Shown: in pieces, positions 10,050-19,482 of the stretch
Layout: the number at the start of each line of letters is the position of its first letter
Numbering within the stretch: the first letter of the stretch is position 1
Assembly: GCA_044226015.1 (NCBI GenBank)
Contig: JBGAHS010000007.1
Location: forward strand, 256,001 to 320,000
From: Candidatus Obscuribacteraceae bacterium
Lineage (GTDB): Bacteria; Cyanobacteriota; Vampirovibrionia; Obscuribacterales; Obscuribacteraceae
DNA length: 64,000 bases
Direction: 5' to 3'
Notes under the pieces: generated by a model
Databases searched by the model: none
Seen by the model: the letters and a program-made list of their open reading frames with translations, nothing else
What the model was told of the DNA's origin: nothing
Translations under genes and position numbers: made by a program

Positions 10050-13000
10050 ATCTTGATTGGTTGAACAATTTGGATTTGATAAAGCGTATTAAAGAACGCG
10101 CTCCAGCAGAGAATTCTCAATTTCTACGTTTTCTCTGGATTGCGCAGACGTTTACTTGTTTCTTCCTTATTGCTCTGGTTGATCCGAATGTTGCAAGTGT
10201 CGATTTTGTCGGTTTGAAAATACCGCTCTTGTTCATTTATTTTTGGACTGCCGTAATCGGGTCGTATTTGAGTTATCACTTCCGTCACGAAACTGTGAAG
10301 TGGCTTGAGTATGTGGGACTCATCACAATAGCCATAACTTGCATGTGGTTTATTGATGTAATGCGTGCCCAATTGATTGGTTACACCGGCGAGATAGACT
10401 TGCTACTTCCAACACTGCATCTTTTTGCAGGACTTTATGTCAGCCACAGTTTTGAGCTGCGCTCTCGCTTTGATTTCAATTTTTCGCAAGGCGTTAGTCT
10501 TCTTATCGTCTGTTTCGCAGGAGCCCTGGGCAAGGGGGGCTTATTTGGTGTTGGACTTTTGCTCTATCTGGTTCTTGCTGCAATCATGCTTTTACTTGAT
10601 TGTGAGTCGCGTACTTTTGGTCAAGTTCAAGCCCGACGAATAGACGGAAGCGGTGCTTATGGTGCCAAATCTGGTGCCCGCGTTTCCGAAAAAACAGCTA
10701 ACTTGATTTTTCCAACATCGGTATTGGTATTACTCAGTATTGGACTCTTCCTTGTAATTCCCCGGGCCGAGTCATTCGTTGATGTTATCACGGCACAGTT
10801 CTATTCACTGCTCAAGCACGACGGTATGAATATGCCTAATGAAAAGAACATGAATATGCCAAAGCGAACTCGCAGTCCATTCCATGTCAAAAAGCCTGGA
10901 GAAGCGCCCAAGAAACATCGTGACCTGACTGCAGATCAAAAAAAGGATGATAACACTGCTTCTGGCAAAGACAAGAACGACAAGAACGATGACGCTCAAA
11001 CTTCGAACTCGGGCAAGGGCACCGGGCGCGGTGCAGGGAAAGCTGTAAAAGCAGGGCAGGGTGCTCCTGAACGTGGTGTTAACTTCTCTCGTACCAATGA
11101 GAAGAAGAAGCAAGAAAAGCAGCGAAAGAGACTAGAGGAAATAAATCGCTTTCTTGACTCAAACCGATCGCATAATCAAGATTCTCAGTCAGGTAAGGGT
11201 GAAGAAGAGCAATCATCTGATGCCTCGCAGAGCAAGTCGCAAAGTCCTGATAAAACAAAAACAGGAAAGAAGATCCCAAAAGACAAATCGCTTCCGGACA
11301 ATAATCAAAAGAATAAAACAGGAGATGAGCAAGGGCAGGGTCAATCTCAACCTGATCTAAATCAGCCTGCTTCAGACCAGACTAATGGTGAAAAGGGCGT
11401 GAGCAAGAATGGTTCTGCCTCTGGATCAGCTGCTGATAAGGATAAGAAGGGTGAAGGTAAAACGGGAGAATCAGGAGATCCGAAATCTGGAGACCCCGCG
11501 GAATCCTCCCGAAAAGGATCTAAAGGAAAGGGCGGTTTGGAATCTGAAAAAGACGCATCGCAAAAGGAGGCGTCCAGCGACCCCTCCGAAAAAGATGCAT
11601 CAGGTGAACCTACCGGAAAAAATGGCGCTGGTGAACCGTCTGGAAAGAATGCAAAAAAATCCAATGCAAAGAAAGGAAAAAAACAGGGCAGAGATCCTTC
11701 ACGTCCACCAGTGTTTTATATGCCTGATACCATGGACTCATCTATGGCTGCTGATCAAGATGACATCGTATTATTCAGAGTCTCTTGTAACCGCACCATG
11801 TTTTTTCGACAGGGTGCTTTTGATCACTTCGACGGGCTTAACTGGTCTATCTCGGATGAGATAAGTAAAGCCAAACTGCAGAGATCGTCTTCAGGAACTT
11901 ACTACTTAAATGAAGTCAATCCGCTTTCACTATCTGCAGAAGTTCCCGCTATCAAAGTTACTCAGAAATTCCATATGATGAAAAATATGGGTTCAAAGCT
12001 AATATTTGCCGGTTATCCCACTGTTATCAATTACCCATGCACCGGGTTGACCCTAGACTCTTGTGGAAATCTAAGAGGAAGCGGCAATCTGATTGAAAAT
12101 TTGGATTATAGCGTTATCTCTGATGATCCACTTTTCGATATCAAGAAAATGATTGCTGAACCCGTTCCGTCAGATGAGCAGGAGAAAAATATTCGCACCA
12201 ATCTGTCTCTATTTCTCCAAATGCCGGATAACCTGTCCGACGAGTTCTTTGAACTCTCCAAGTCAATCGCCGGTCTTGACGACAATTGGTTCTTACAGGC
12301 ACATAGAATCACTAACTATGTCAAAACTAATTACAAATACAGCACAGATCCCAAATATAAGACCAAGAGCAAGAATACGGTTGAGCGATTTTTGTTTGAT
12401 ACCCAAAGTGGTGACTGCAAAGACTTCGCGTCAGCTGTAGTTATGTTGTGCCGCGGCAGCGGCATTCCCGCGCGGCTCGTTGTAGGGTTTACACCAGGAG
12501 ACTTCGACTCACTAACAGGCACGCGCCAGGTCAAGTTGAAAAATGCACATGCCTGGGCTGAAGTATATTGCCCCGGAGTGGGATGGGTTCCCTTCGATGC
12601 GACACCTGTTAGTGAGATGCCAGCTCGAGCTGGCGAGGGAGAGCGAATCTTTTCTTCGCTTACCCAACAGATGACCGCTTCTACCGAATCGGCTGCAGTT
12701 CAAGGTCATGAACCCAACTCTGTGACCATCGAGCTGCCTGTTCCTATCGGAAACACAAAGACGATCACTTTGACATGGTTTGACCTGATCAAGCTTATTC
12801 CGGTGCTCCTGTTCTTGATCATTATTCCAGGACCTCTTGCTTTGATGACAAAATCATTCTTCTCCAAGAAGTTTGATTTCCTTGTGACAATGCACCCCGC
12901 GAGTAAGGTCTATTGCGGTTTGCAGAGAGACTTGAAAAAGCTTGGAATTAGTCAAAGCGAAAGCCAAACGCCAGGTGAGTTTTTGCAAAAGCTTGAAGAC

Positions 13001-13162
13001 ACTGTGTCTGCCTGGGACGACCAGGCAAAATCTCAAGCACTTGTTGATGCAGTCGAAGACTTCGTCGTCAGTTACAATGAAACTTTCTTTGGTGGCATGG
13101 GCAGCGCCAAAGATTTGCAGATAAAAAGACAGCAAATCAAGAATATGCTCAAAAAGAGCTAA
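10046..13162 (+). CDS. Membrane-anchored transglutaminase-like protein (DUF3488/TgpA type) with long low-complexity insertion
   Basis: Multi-TM N-terminus; triad GDCKDFA / AHAWAE / FDAT; ATGA overlap with the DUF58 gene. Confidence 0.9.
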   Translation: MNLDWLNNLDLIKRIKERAPAENSQFLRFLWIAQTFTCFFLIALVDPNVASVDFVGLKIPLLFIYFWTAVIGSYLSYHFRHETVKWLEYVGLITIAITCMWFIDVMRAQLIGYTGEIDLLLPTLHLFAGLYVSHSFELRSRFDFNFSQGVSLLIVCFAGALGKGGLFGVGLLLYLVLAAIMLLLDCESRTFGQVQARRIDGSGAYGAKSGARVSEKTANLIFPTSVLVLLSIGLFLVIPRAESFVDVITAQFYSLLKHDGMNMPNEKNMNMPKRTRSPFHVKKPGEAPKKHRDLTADQKKDDNTASGKDKNDKNDDAQTSNSGKGTGRGAGKAVKAGQGAPERGVNFSRTNEKKKQEKQRKRLEEINRFLDSNRSHNQDSQSGKGEEEQSSDASQSKSQSPDKTKTGKKIPKDKSLPDNNQKNKTGDEQGQGQSQPDLNQPASDQTNGEKGVSKNGSASGSAADKDKKGEGKTGESGDPKSGDPAESSRKGSKGKGGLESEKDASQKEASSDPSEKDASGEPTGKNGAGEPSGKNAKKSNAKKGKKQGRDPSRPPVFYMPDTMDSSMAADQDDIVLFRVSCNRTMFFRQGAFDHFDGLNWSISDEISKAKLQRSSSGTYYLNEVNPLSLSAEVPAIKVTQKFHMMKNMGSKLIFAGYPTVINYPCTGLTLDSCGNLRGSGNLIENLDYSVISDDPLFDIKKMIAEPVPSDEQEKNIRTNLSLFLQMPDNLSDEFFELSKSIAGLDDNWFLQAHRITNYVKTNYKYSTDPKYKTKSKNTVERFLFDTQSGDCKDFASAVVMLCRGSGIPARLVVGFTPGDFDSLTGTRQVKLKNAHAWAEVYCPGVGWVPFDATPVSEMPARAGEGERIFSSLTQQMTASTESAAVQGHEPNSVTIELPVPIGNTKTITLTWFDLIKLIPVLLFLIIIPGPLALMTKSFFSKKFDFLVTMHPASKVYCGLQRDLKKLGISQSESQTPGEFLQKLEDTVSAWDDQAKSQALVDAVEDFVVSYNETFFGGMGSAKDLQIKRQQIKNMLKKS

Positions 13163-13211
13163 GCAACTTCTAAATGCTACAGCAAAGAGTTAGTGCGCTG
13201 ACAAAGAACAC

Positions 13212-13235
13212 GAGAGAGAACTTTCGTTCTCTCTT
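13212..13235. terminator. Hairpin between convergent genes
   Basis: GAGAGAGAAC-TTTC-GTTCTCTCTT. Confidence 0.6.
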
Positions 13236-13258
13236 GCTCTGCTAGTGACTTTGATGGA

Positions 13259-14500
13259 CTATTTTGAGGGCACCAGTTCTTTTTCAAGCGGCCGCAAAAT
13301 GGGACCGTTTCGGTCATCCTGATCTTGTAGTGTGGACGTATCAGCCGGTTTTTTCGGAGTGAGGAAGTCTAGAGCACCTGCTTTCGGCTTAACGCCGACT
13401 GCAGCCCAGGCTTCTTCTAGTTTCTGCACATCCTTGGCGTAACCCAGCCTGCGTGCCGCCTCCACCGTTTGGTGAGCAAATGATGCGAAGCTAGGGAATC
13501 TTCCTATGTTCTGCGTTGCTTCATACCAGATTTTTCCTGGTTCTTCCCATGCGTTTCCGCCTACTGCTTTTGCAAATAGCGCAAAGGCTCGATTGGGAAT
13601 GCCCGAGTTGTAATGCACGCCTCCCATATCTTTCCAGGTTGAAACGTAATCTTTCATATGCCCCGGTTGTGGGTCTTTTCCGATTTTGGGATCGTCAAAC
13701 GCTGTGCCTGGATTCAACATATCGCGAATACCACGCCCGTTAATGCCGTCTTTCCAGATACCGTCTCCAATCACCCAGTCAGCTTTGTCTGCAGTAATTC
13801 CTTGCTGTTTCTGTTGAATCAGCTCGCCAAAAACGTCGGAGATGTGCTCATTGAGCGCTCCTGACTGTCCCCAGTAAAAGACACCACCAGTGTTTTGCGT
13901 GATACCATGCGTGATTTCGTGCCCGGTAACATCTAAAAGCACAAATGTCTTGAACGGACTTTTCTCACTGGGATGACCATAAGTCATTTGTTTTCCGTTC
14001 CAAAAAGCATTTTGATAGTTGTCACCGTAGTTAACGGTTGATAGCATCTTCATGCCTTTTCCATCGATTGAATCTTTGTTGAAAACCTGTTTGTAGAAGT
14101 CTCTGACAGTGCCGGTGTAGTCGTATACTTTATCGACTTCATCGTTATTGGTTGGCTTTTCTCCCTCGAATCTTGCTCTGTCTCCTGGATGAACTTCTTT
14201 GCCTTTTGCGTCGTAGACTTCTCTAGCCCCATTAGCGTTTGAACTTACGCGAGGCTGAAATTTACCCTGTTGCTCGAGGTCTTTGTTGGTCTCAAGCGTG
14301 TCCAAATACATTTTGTCATTGCTGCGTTTTGCAAGTTCTTCCAGAATGTATGGTGGAAGTGCAGAACGCCCTATTTCTGAACCCTGTTGAGCAACCCTGG
14401 GTTGGAACGCTCCCTGCCCCGCTGCTTGAGCCTCTTCGGAGAGCTTGTTGCTTGCGTCCTGTTTAGTTTCTTGCGCCTTGTCTTTCTCGACCTTGTCCAT
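13259..14500 (-). CDS. M4 family metalloprotease, protealysin-like
   Basis: Pro-motif LPPYILEEL, NAFWNG, HEITH, GALNEHISD, GGVHYNSGIPN. Confidence 0.93.
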   Translation of the reverse strand: MDKVEKDKAQETKQDASNKLSEEAQAAGQGAFQPRVAQQGSEIGRSALPPYILEELAKRSNDKMYLDTLETNKDLEQQGKFQPRVSSNANGAREVYDAKGKEVHPGDRARFEGEKPTNNDEVDKVYDYTGTVRDFYKQVFNKDSIDGKGMKMLSTVNYGDNYQNAFWNGKQMTYGHPSEKSPFKTFVLLDVTGHEITHGITQNTGGVFYWGQSGALNEHISDVFGELIQQKQQGITADKADWVIGDGIWKDGINGRGIRDMLNPGTAFDDPKIGKDPQPGHMKDYVSTWKDMGGVHYNSGIPNRAFALFAKAVGGNAWEEPGKIWYEATQNIGRFPSFASFAHQTVEAARRLGYAKDVQKLEEAWAAVGVKPKAGALDFLTPKKPADTSTLQDQDDRNGPILRPLEKELVPSK

Positions 14501-14717
14501 GCGTTAATCCTGCTCGGTGAATTTGCCTCGTCCAATCCCAATCTAATTTTTGTGATCTGCACCGACAATCGTATTTATCCCAATCAGCACGTTGGTTCTT
14601 GCGATGAGCAGGGCTTTTGCCGCTTGCATCATGCTTTTGCGACTGATTAATTGCGCTAAATACAAAGCCTGAAATGGCTCTTTATTAGAGGATTTTGAGG
14701 CTGACCCAATATCGCAG

Positions 14718-15932
14718 TTAATGGAAAAATCGCATCAATTTCTTTTTCTCGTCCACCGTGAAACGCCAGCCCTGGAGAAAATCTTGACCAACGCAGCTTC
14801 CGGCGTGACCGCCTACATAGACTTGAAATTCTCTGTAAACAATTGGTCCCATGCGTAAGTCGACAGTTACTGCTCGATAAGGCGAAGTGCCACCAACTCC
14901 TCCCATCATTGCTACTGGTGCATCTGATGGAATCTCAATATTCGCTGCAGCGGCAGTTTCTGCGTTGATGATAGTGTTGGATGCACCGGTGTCGATGAAG
15001 ACTGGAATTTTCCTTCCTCCAATCTCAAGTGGGACGATTGGCTTGGTGCCTATGATGTTGCATGGAAGGTCATAGAGATTGTTCACAGCTTGCTGCGATT
15101 CGTGTGGCTTTTTCAAGGTCAGGCACTTCGCTTTCTGGTCAACTTCGTACTGAAATCCTTTTACGAAGGCATAGCCAATTAGTGGTGGCATATCGAATTC
15201 TTCTTGTATCGTCGCATTCAAGGTGCGCTCGACGTTGCCTAATTTAACCGTCAATGGCATGTTCCACGCAGGCAGGCGCACTCCGGCCCAGCCTGAAACT
15301 GATGTGGTAGCGGCGCCGCGAGGTGCTGCGATTCCTAACTGTTGTAAGTGATTTTTTCCGAACAATAAGCCGGGGGCACCAGTGTCAAACATGCATTTGC
15401 AAGGACGTCCGTTTATAATCGCATCGACAAGCATGTGTCCGTTAGAGCCTGGCGTGAAATATATTCTTGCCATATCAGGTAACTTATCTATTTCGCTGGT
15501 CTCTGAATCTTCCTCAACGGGCGGTGTGGCCAGTCGCGAACTGCTCACTCTAGATGAGCTAGGCTGGACAGCAGCTGGACTCGTCGAAGCAGGAGTACCC
15601 ATTGTTGGGCTCAATGCAGCCGAGCTGGTCCACGCAGGGTCAAGACGCTTCAAAAAATCAGTGGCTAATTTAGCTTCTGATGACCGGGGGAAATTCTCGG
15701 CTACGTAGGCAAAAAGTTTCTTGGCGTCGGCTTCCCGTTTTAGCTGGTAGTAGCAGTAAGCCTGATAGTAAAAATTGCTGGCATTTTGAGGACAACTGCG
15801 AAGTATCTGAACTGCTTCCTGGTACTTTCCCTGCCGTGCCAGTTGTATGCCTTTTTCTAGAGAATCTGCGGCTGAAGCAGTGAGAAGCGAGCAAAGAAGC
15901 AAAAGAACCGTCGAGGCAATGATTTTTTTCAT
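14718..15932 (-). CDS. Secreted TPR protein with two retropepsin-like aspartyl protease domains
   Basis: Signal peptide MKKIIAST..., TPR, MFDTGA...PLIG and FIDTGA...CVGQDFL. Confidence 0.85.
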   Translation of the reverse strand: MKKIIASTVLLLLCSLLTASAADSLEKGIQLARQGKYQEAVQILRSCPQNASNFYYQAYCYYQLKREADAKKLFAYVAENFPRSSEAKLATDFLKRLDPAWTSSAALSPTMGTPASTSPAAVQPSSSRVSSSRLATPPVEEDSETSEIDKLPDMARIYFTPGSNGHMLVDAIINGRPCKCMFDTGAPGLLFGKNHLQQLGIAAPRGAATTSVSGWAGVRLPAWNMPLTVKLGNVERTLNATIQEEFDMPPLIGYAFVKGFQYEVDQKAKCLTLKKPHESQQAVNNLYDLPCNIIGTKPIVPLEIGGRKIPVFIDTGASNTIINAETAAAANIEIPSDAPVAMMGGVGGTSPYRAVTVDLRMGPIVYREFQVYVGGHAGSCVGQDFLQGWRFTVDEKKKLMRFFH

Positions 15933-16112
15933 TCCGGTAGCCAGCCTCTCGCCTGAGCTCAAAAAATAGATTCCCGAACTGATCATACCTCATTAGAAAT
16001 CAGCAAAAACTTCTTTTGTTGATTTCAATCAGCTCACAAAGTCTTCCCAAATTTTGAAGTACAAATTTCTGCTAGCTTGCTTACATCGGTGACAGCTGTG
16101 GCATCTCAGAAG

Positions 16113-16967
16113 CTATGAAATTGCATTATATTTGCCAAAGGTCTTAATTCCCTGAACCGATGTCTCCATGTCGTTGGCATGTTTTCTGCCTTTCTCATTT
16201 GCGATGCGGAAATCTAGAAAAACTCTAAATTGAAAGGGACGTTCAGGCACTGGAAGTGGCTCGAGCTTTATCAAATCACATCCGTCGCCGAGAAATTGCG
16301 AAAACTCTGTAATTTTGTTCAAATTCTCCTGTCCTTCGAACGCGACAGTAAATTTGAAAGGCGCTGCTACTGTGTCTGATGAAAGCTTCAAATTCTTCTT
16401 TCCCAGTAAGGCAAAACGGGTCTGATTGTGCGCGTAATCTTCAATGTCCGGAGCGATTATTTCCAGTCCATATTCTTCAGCGGCTTGCTTTGCTGCAATG
16501 GCGGCTGCATTTCTCTTCTTCTCGTCCTTGATCATTTTTGCAGATGCACCAGTGTCAAAGTAAATGTGTGGATGCATCCAGCCATGCTCTTTAAAGATTT
16601 TCTTGCATTGATCAAGAGCGACAGGGTGCGAATAAACTTCGATAACGTCCTCCATTCTTGTGCCTGGAAGAGCCATTAACTGATGGTGAATCTGCAATGT
16701 GTATTCAGAGTAGGTATGTAAATTGGTAGCCCAGAGCAATTGATAATTCTGTATTATCGAACCTACAGTTGAATTCTCGAAGGGAATGCAGGACAGAGCA
16801 TTCTCCTCATGCTCTGCAAACTCGAAGGCTTCTTCAAAGCTGCTTTTAGGAACGAACTCTAGCTTGGCTGAGTTCAGAAATGAACTAGCAAATTTCTGAG
16901 CAGCTAGATGGCTAAATGCCCCTGCTGCTCCTTGAAACGCAATTCTGTATGGAGATGATTCAACCAT
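16113..16967 (-). CDS. pheA: Prephenate dehydratase with degenerate ACT domain
   Basis: IAFQGAAGAFSH, PFENST, YSHPVALDQC, NQTRF. Confidence 0.9.
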   Translation of the reverse strand: MVESSPYRIAFQGAAGAFSHLAAQKFASSFLNSAKLEFVPKSSFEEAFEFAEHEENALSCIPFENSTVGSIIQNYQLLWATNLHTYSEYTLQIHHQLMALPGTRMEDVIEVYSHPVALDQCKKIFKEHGWMHPHIYFDTGASAKMIKDEKKRNAAAIAAKQAAEEYGLEIIAPDIEDYAHNQTRFALLGKKNLKLSSDTVAAPFKFTVAFEGQENLNKITEFSQFLGDGCDLIKLEPLPVPERPFQFRVFLDFRIANEKGRKHANDMETSVQGIKTFGKYNAIS

Positions 16968-18120
16968 TTTTTCTAATGAATTCCGCAAGTTCATCTACTG
17001 CAAGTTCTTGATCTATCGAGACCTGGCCAGCCTCTTTTTCGGGCAGCACGTATTTGATGTTTTTGCCCGCGCGTTTCTTATCATAGGCGACGGCTTCGGC
17101 TATTTTGTTTAGATCAAGCTCTGCTGGCACTTTGTAAGGAAGCCCGAGTTTACTGAGCGTTTGTTCAACTTCCAGGAAAATCGAATTATCTATCAGTCCT
17201 CGTGCTGCAGCTAGCTTAAATGCAAAAGCTGTTCCTATGGCAACTGCTTCTCCGTGGCTAACCTGATATTGGCTTACTTTCTCAACGCCGTGTCCCAGTG
17301 TATGTCCCAGGTTGAGGCTTCGTCTCAGTCTGGCTTCGAAAGGGTCTTTCAAAACCACCGCGAGTTTCATTCTGATGCAGAGTGCTATAGCTTGCGGTAG
17401 AAAAGGATTGTCTGCACTGATACCGTTTGCAAAATTCTCGGGTATTGTTTTTCTTAGCGGGCGAGGACCTGCCTTGTATTCTGCATTTGCTGCAACTGTA
17501 TCTTCGATGTAGGCATATTTTATGATTTCACCCATGCCGGACTTGAGTTCACGCTCGGGAAGACTTTGCAAAAATTCGGGGTCGACAATTACAGAGCTTG
17601 GAAAATAGAAACTACCAGCAAGATTTTTACCTGATGAGAGGTTTATTGCGGTCTTTCCACCAATGCTGGCGTCAACCTGTGCCAGAAGTGTCGTCGGCAG
17701 CAATACCAACCTTACGCCGCGCAAATAGGTCGATGCACAAAAGCCTGCCAGGTCAGTAAGCGCACCGCCACCTATAGCTAAGATTGTGTCATTTCGAGTG
17801 AATGATGCCTTCTGCATCGATTCCCAGCAAGACTCAAGTTGGGAGAGTGTCTTTGCGGACTCTCCGTCAGGCAGGCTCATCGCTGTTACTGTGAAACCAT
17901 CCTTCTCGAGTGCTTGCTTTTGCTCCTCTGCGTAATCTGGCGGAAGTGATGCTTGACTGAGCAGCAGCACATTCGTTCCGCACCCTAGCTGCTTGAGAAT
18001 CTGAGCACTGCGTTTGCGAAATCCTACTCCAAAATCAACACGTGATGAAATCGGTATCTCCGAGTTGAGCATGATCGTATAAGCTTCGCCTTTGCGACCA
18101 ACACGAGATGAATTCATCAT
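16960..18120 (-). CDS. aroB: 3-dehydroquinate synthase
   Basis: GGGALTDLAGF, PTTLLAQVDASIGGKT, LNLGHTLGH, HGEAV. Confidence 0.95.
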   Translation of the reverse strand: MMNSSRVGRKGEAYTIMLNSEIPISSRVDFGVGFRKRSAQILKQLGCGTNVLLLSQASLPPDYAEEQKQALEKDGFTVTAMSLPDGESAKTLSQLESCWESMQKASFTRNDTILAIGGGALTDLAGFCASTYLRGVRLVLLPTTLLAQVDASIGGKTAINLSSGKNLAGSFYFPSSVIVDPEFLQSLPERELKSGMGEIIKYAYIEDTVAANAEYKAGPRPLRKTIPENFANGISADNPFLPQAIALCIRMKLAVVLKDPFEARLRRSLNLGHTLGHGVEKVSQYQVSHGEAVAIGTAFAFKLAAARGLIDNSIFLEVEQTLSKLGLPYKVPAELDLNKIAEAVAYDKKRAGKNIKYVLPEKEAGQVSIDQELAVDELAEFIRKNG

Positions 18121-19376
18121 TCCATCTCCATCTCAGGGCTTTCACTCGAATTAGCACTGTGCTTGCTGGCTTTGCTTCCCTGTGCTTTGCACCAGATGCG
18201 ATGCCTGCTAAGTGCTGCTTCTATATCTTCGAAATTGTCTGAACCAAATTTTTCAAGAACAGCTCTAGCCAGAACAAAAGCAGTCATAGCTTTTGCAACA
18301 ATAGATGCGGCTGGAACGGCGCAAACATCAGAACGCTCGTAGTGCGCTGTTTCTGCTTCATATTCAGGAAATGAAAGAGAAGGAAGTCCCTTGCGTAGTG
18401 TGGGAATTGGTTTCATATATGCTCTTATACGAAGGCGAGAACCGTTCGTCATGCCCCCTTCGATGCCGCCAGCATGATTTGTTTTGCGCGTGAATGGCAG
18501 CGCTGCATCAGGCTCAGCTTCGAAAAGAGCATCATGAACTTGTGAGCCCGGACGTGAGGCGCTTTCAAAACCGTCTCCGATTTCGACTGCTTTTATGGCT
18601 TGAATGCTCACTAAAGCTTGCGCCAGTTGCGCATCAATTTTTGCATCCCACTGAGTGTAACTGCCCAATCCGACTGGAAGCCCTTCGGCAATTACTTCTA
18701 CTACACCGCCGACACTGTCGCCGTCTTGCCAGGCTTGTTTAATATAGTCCTTCATTTTTTCTGCAGCATCTTTATCTGCGCAGAACATTTCCGAATTCTG
18801 AATCTGGGCTTCCAATTCTGTAAGCGACTGCGTTTCAGTGTCTAATTGACTTCTGACTGGTCCTACTGAAATTACGTGGCATAACAATCTGACGCCGAGA
18901 TGTTCAAGCAATTGCAAGCAGACCGCACCGGCTGCCACTCGCGAAGCCGTTTCTCTCGCGCTTGCTCGCTCAAGAACATCGCGAATGTCCTTTTGCTTGA
19001 ATTTTACTGAACCCGCCAAATCTGCGTGTCCTGGGCGAAAACGCCCAATCTTCTTTTTGCCTTCTTGTTCGAGAACTTCTGCTGAGCTTTCATCAACTGC
19101 ATGGCTAGACATAACGTGTTGCCAGTTGTCGAAATCGCGATTCTTGATCAGTAAACTTATTGGGGCACCAGTGGTGATACCATGACGGACGCCACCGATA
19201 GGCTCGGCCTTGTCAGTTTCAATTTTTTGACGGTTGCCCCTACCATAGCCCTGTTGCCTGAGCTGCAACTCTTTGTTAAGTAGCTCAATATCTAACTTCA
19301 TTCCTGAGGGGAAACCATCAAGCACAGCCACAAGAGCCTGTCCGTGTGATTCCCCAGTGCTTAGAAAGCGCAGCAT
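18117..19376 (-). CDS. aroC: Chorismate synthase
   Basis: TGESHG, RPGHAD, ERASARETA, GGIEGGMTNG, RSDVCAVP. Confidence 0.97.
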   Translation of the reverse strand: MLRFLSTGESHGQALVAVLDGFPSGMKLDIELLNKELQLRQQGYGRGNRQKIETDKAEPIGGVRHGITTGAPISLLIKNRDFDNWQHVMSSHAVDESSAEVLEQEGKKKIGRFRPGHADLAGSVKFKQKDIRDVLERASARETASRVAAGAVCLQLLEHLGVRLLCHVISVGPVRSQLDTETQSLTELEAQIQNSEMFCADKDAAEKMKDYIKQAWQDGDSVGGVVEVIAEGLPVGLGSYTQWDAKIDAQLAQALVSIQAIKAVEIGDGFESASRPGSQVHDALFEAEPDAALPFTRKTNHAGGIEGGMTNGSRLRIRAYMKPIPTLRKGLPSLSFPEYEAETAHYERSDVCAVPAASIVAKAMTAFVLARAVLEKFGSDNFEDIEAALSRHRIWCKAQGSKASKHSANSSESPEMEME

Positions 19377-19482
19377 TTGTATTATCCAACTACCCTAATG
19401 TGGGGATTAATCTTACAATAAGTCCGCGGTTTGCTTGCGATTTGGGATGCCAAGATTGCGAGCCTGTAATTGTGAGTGAAGA

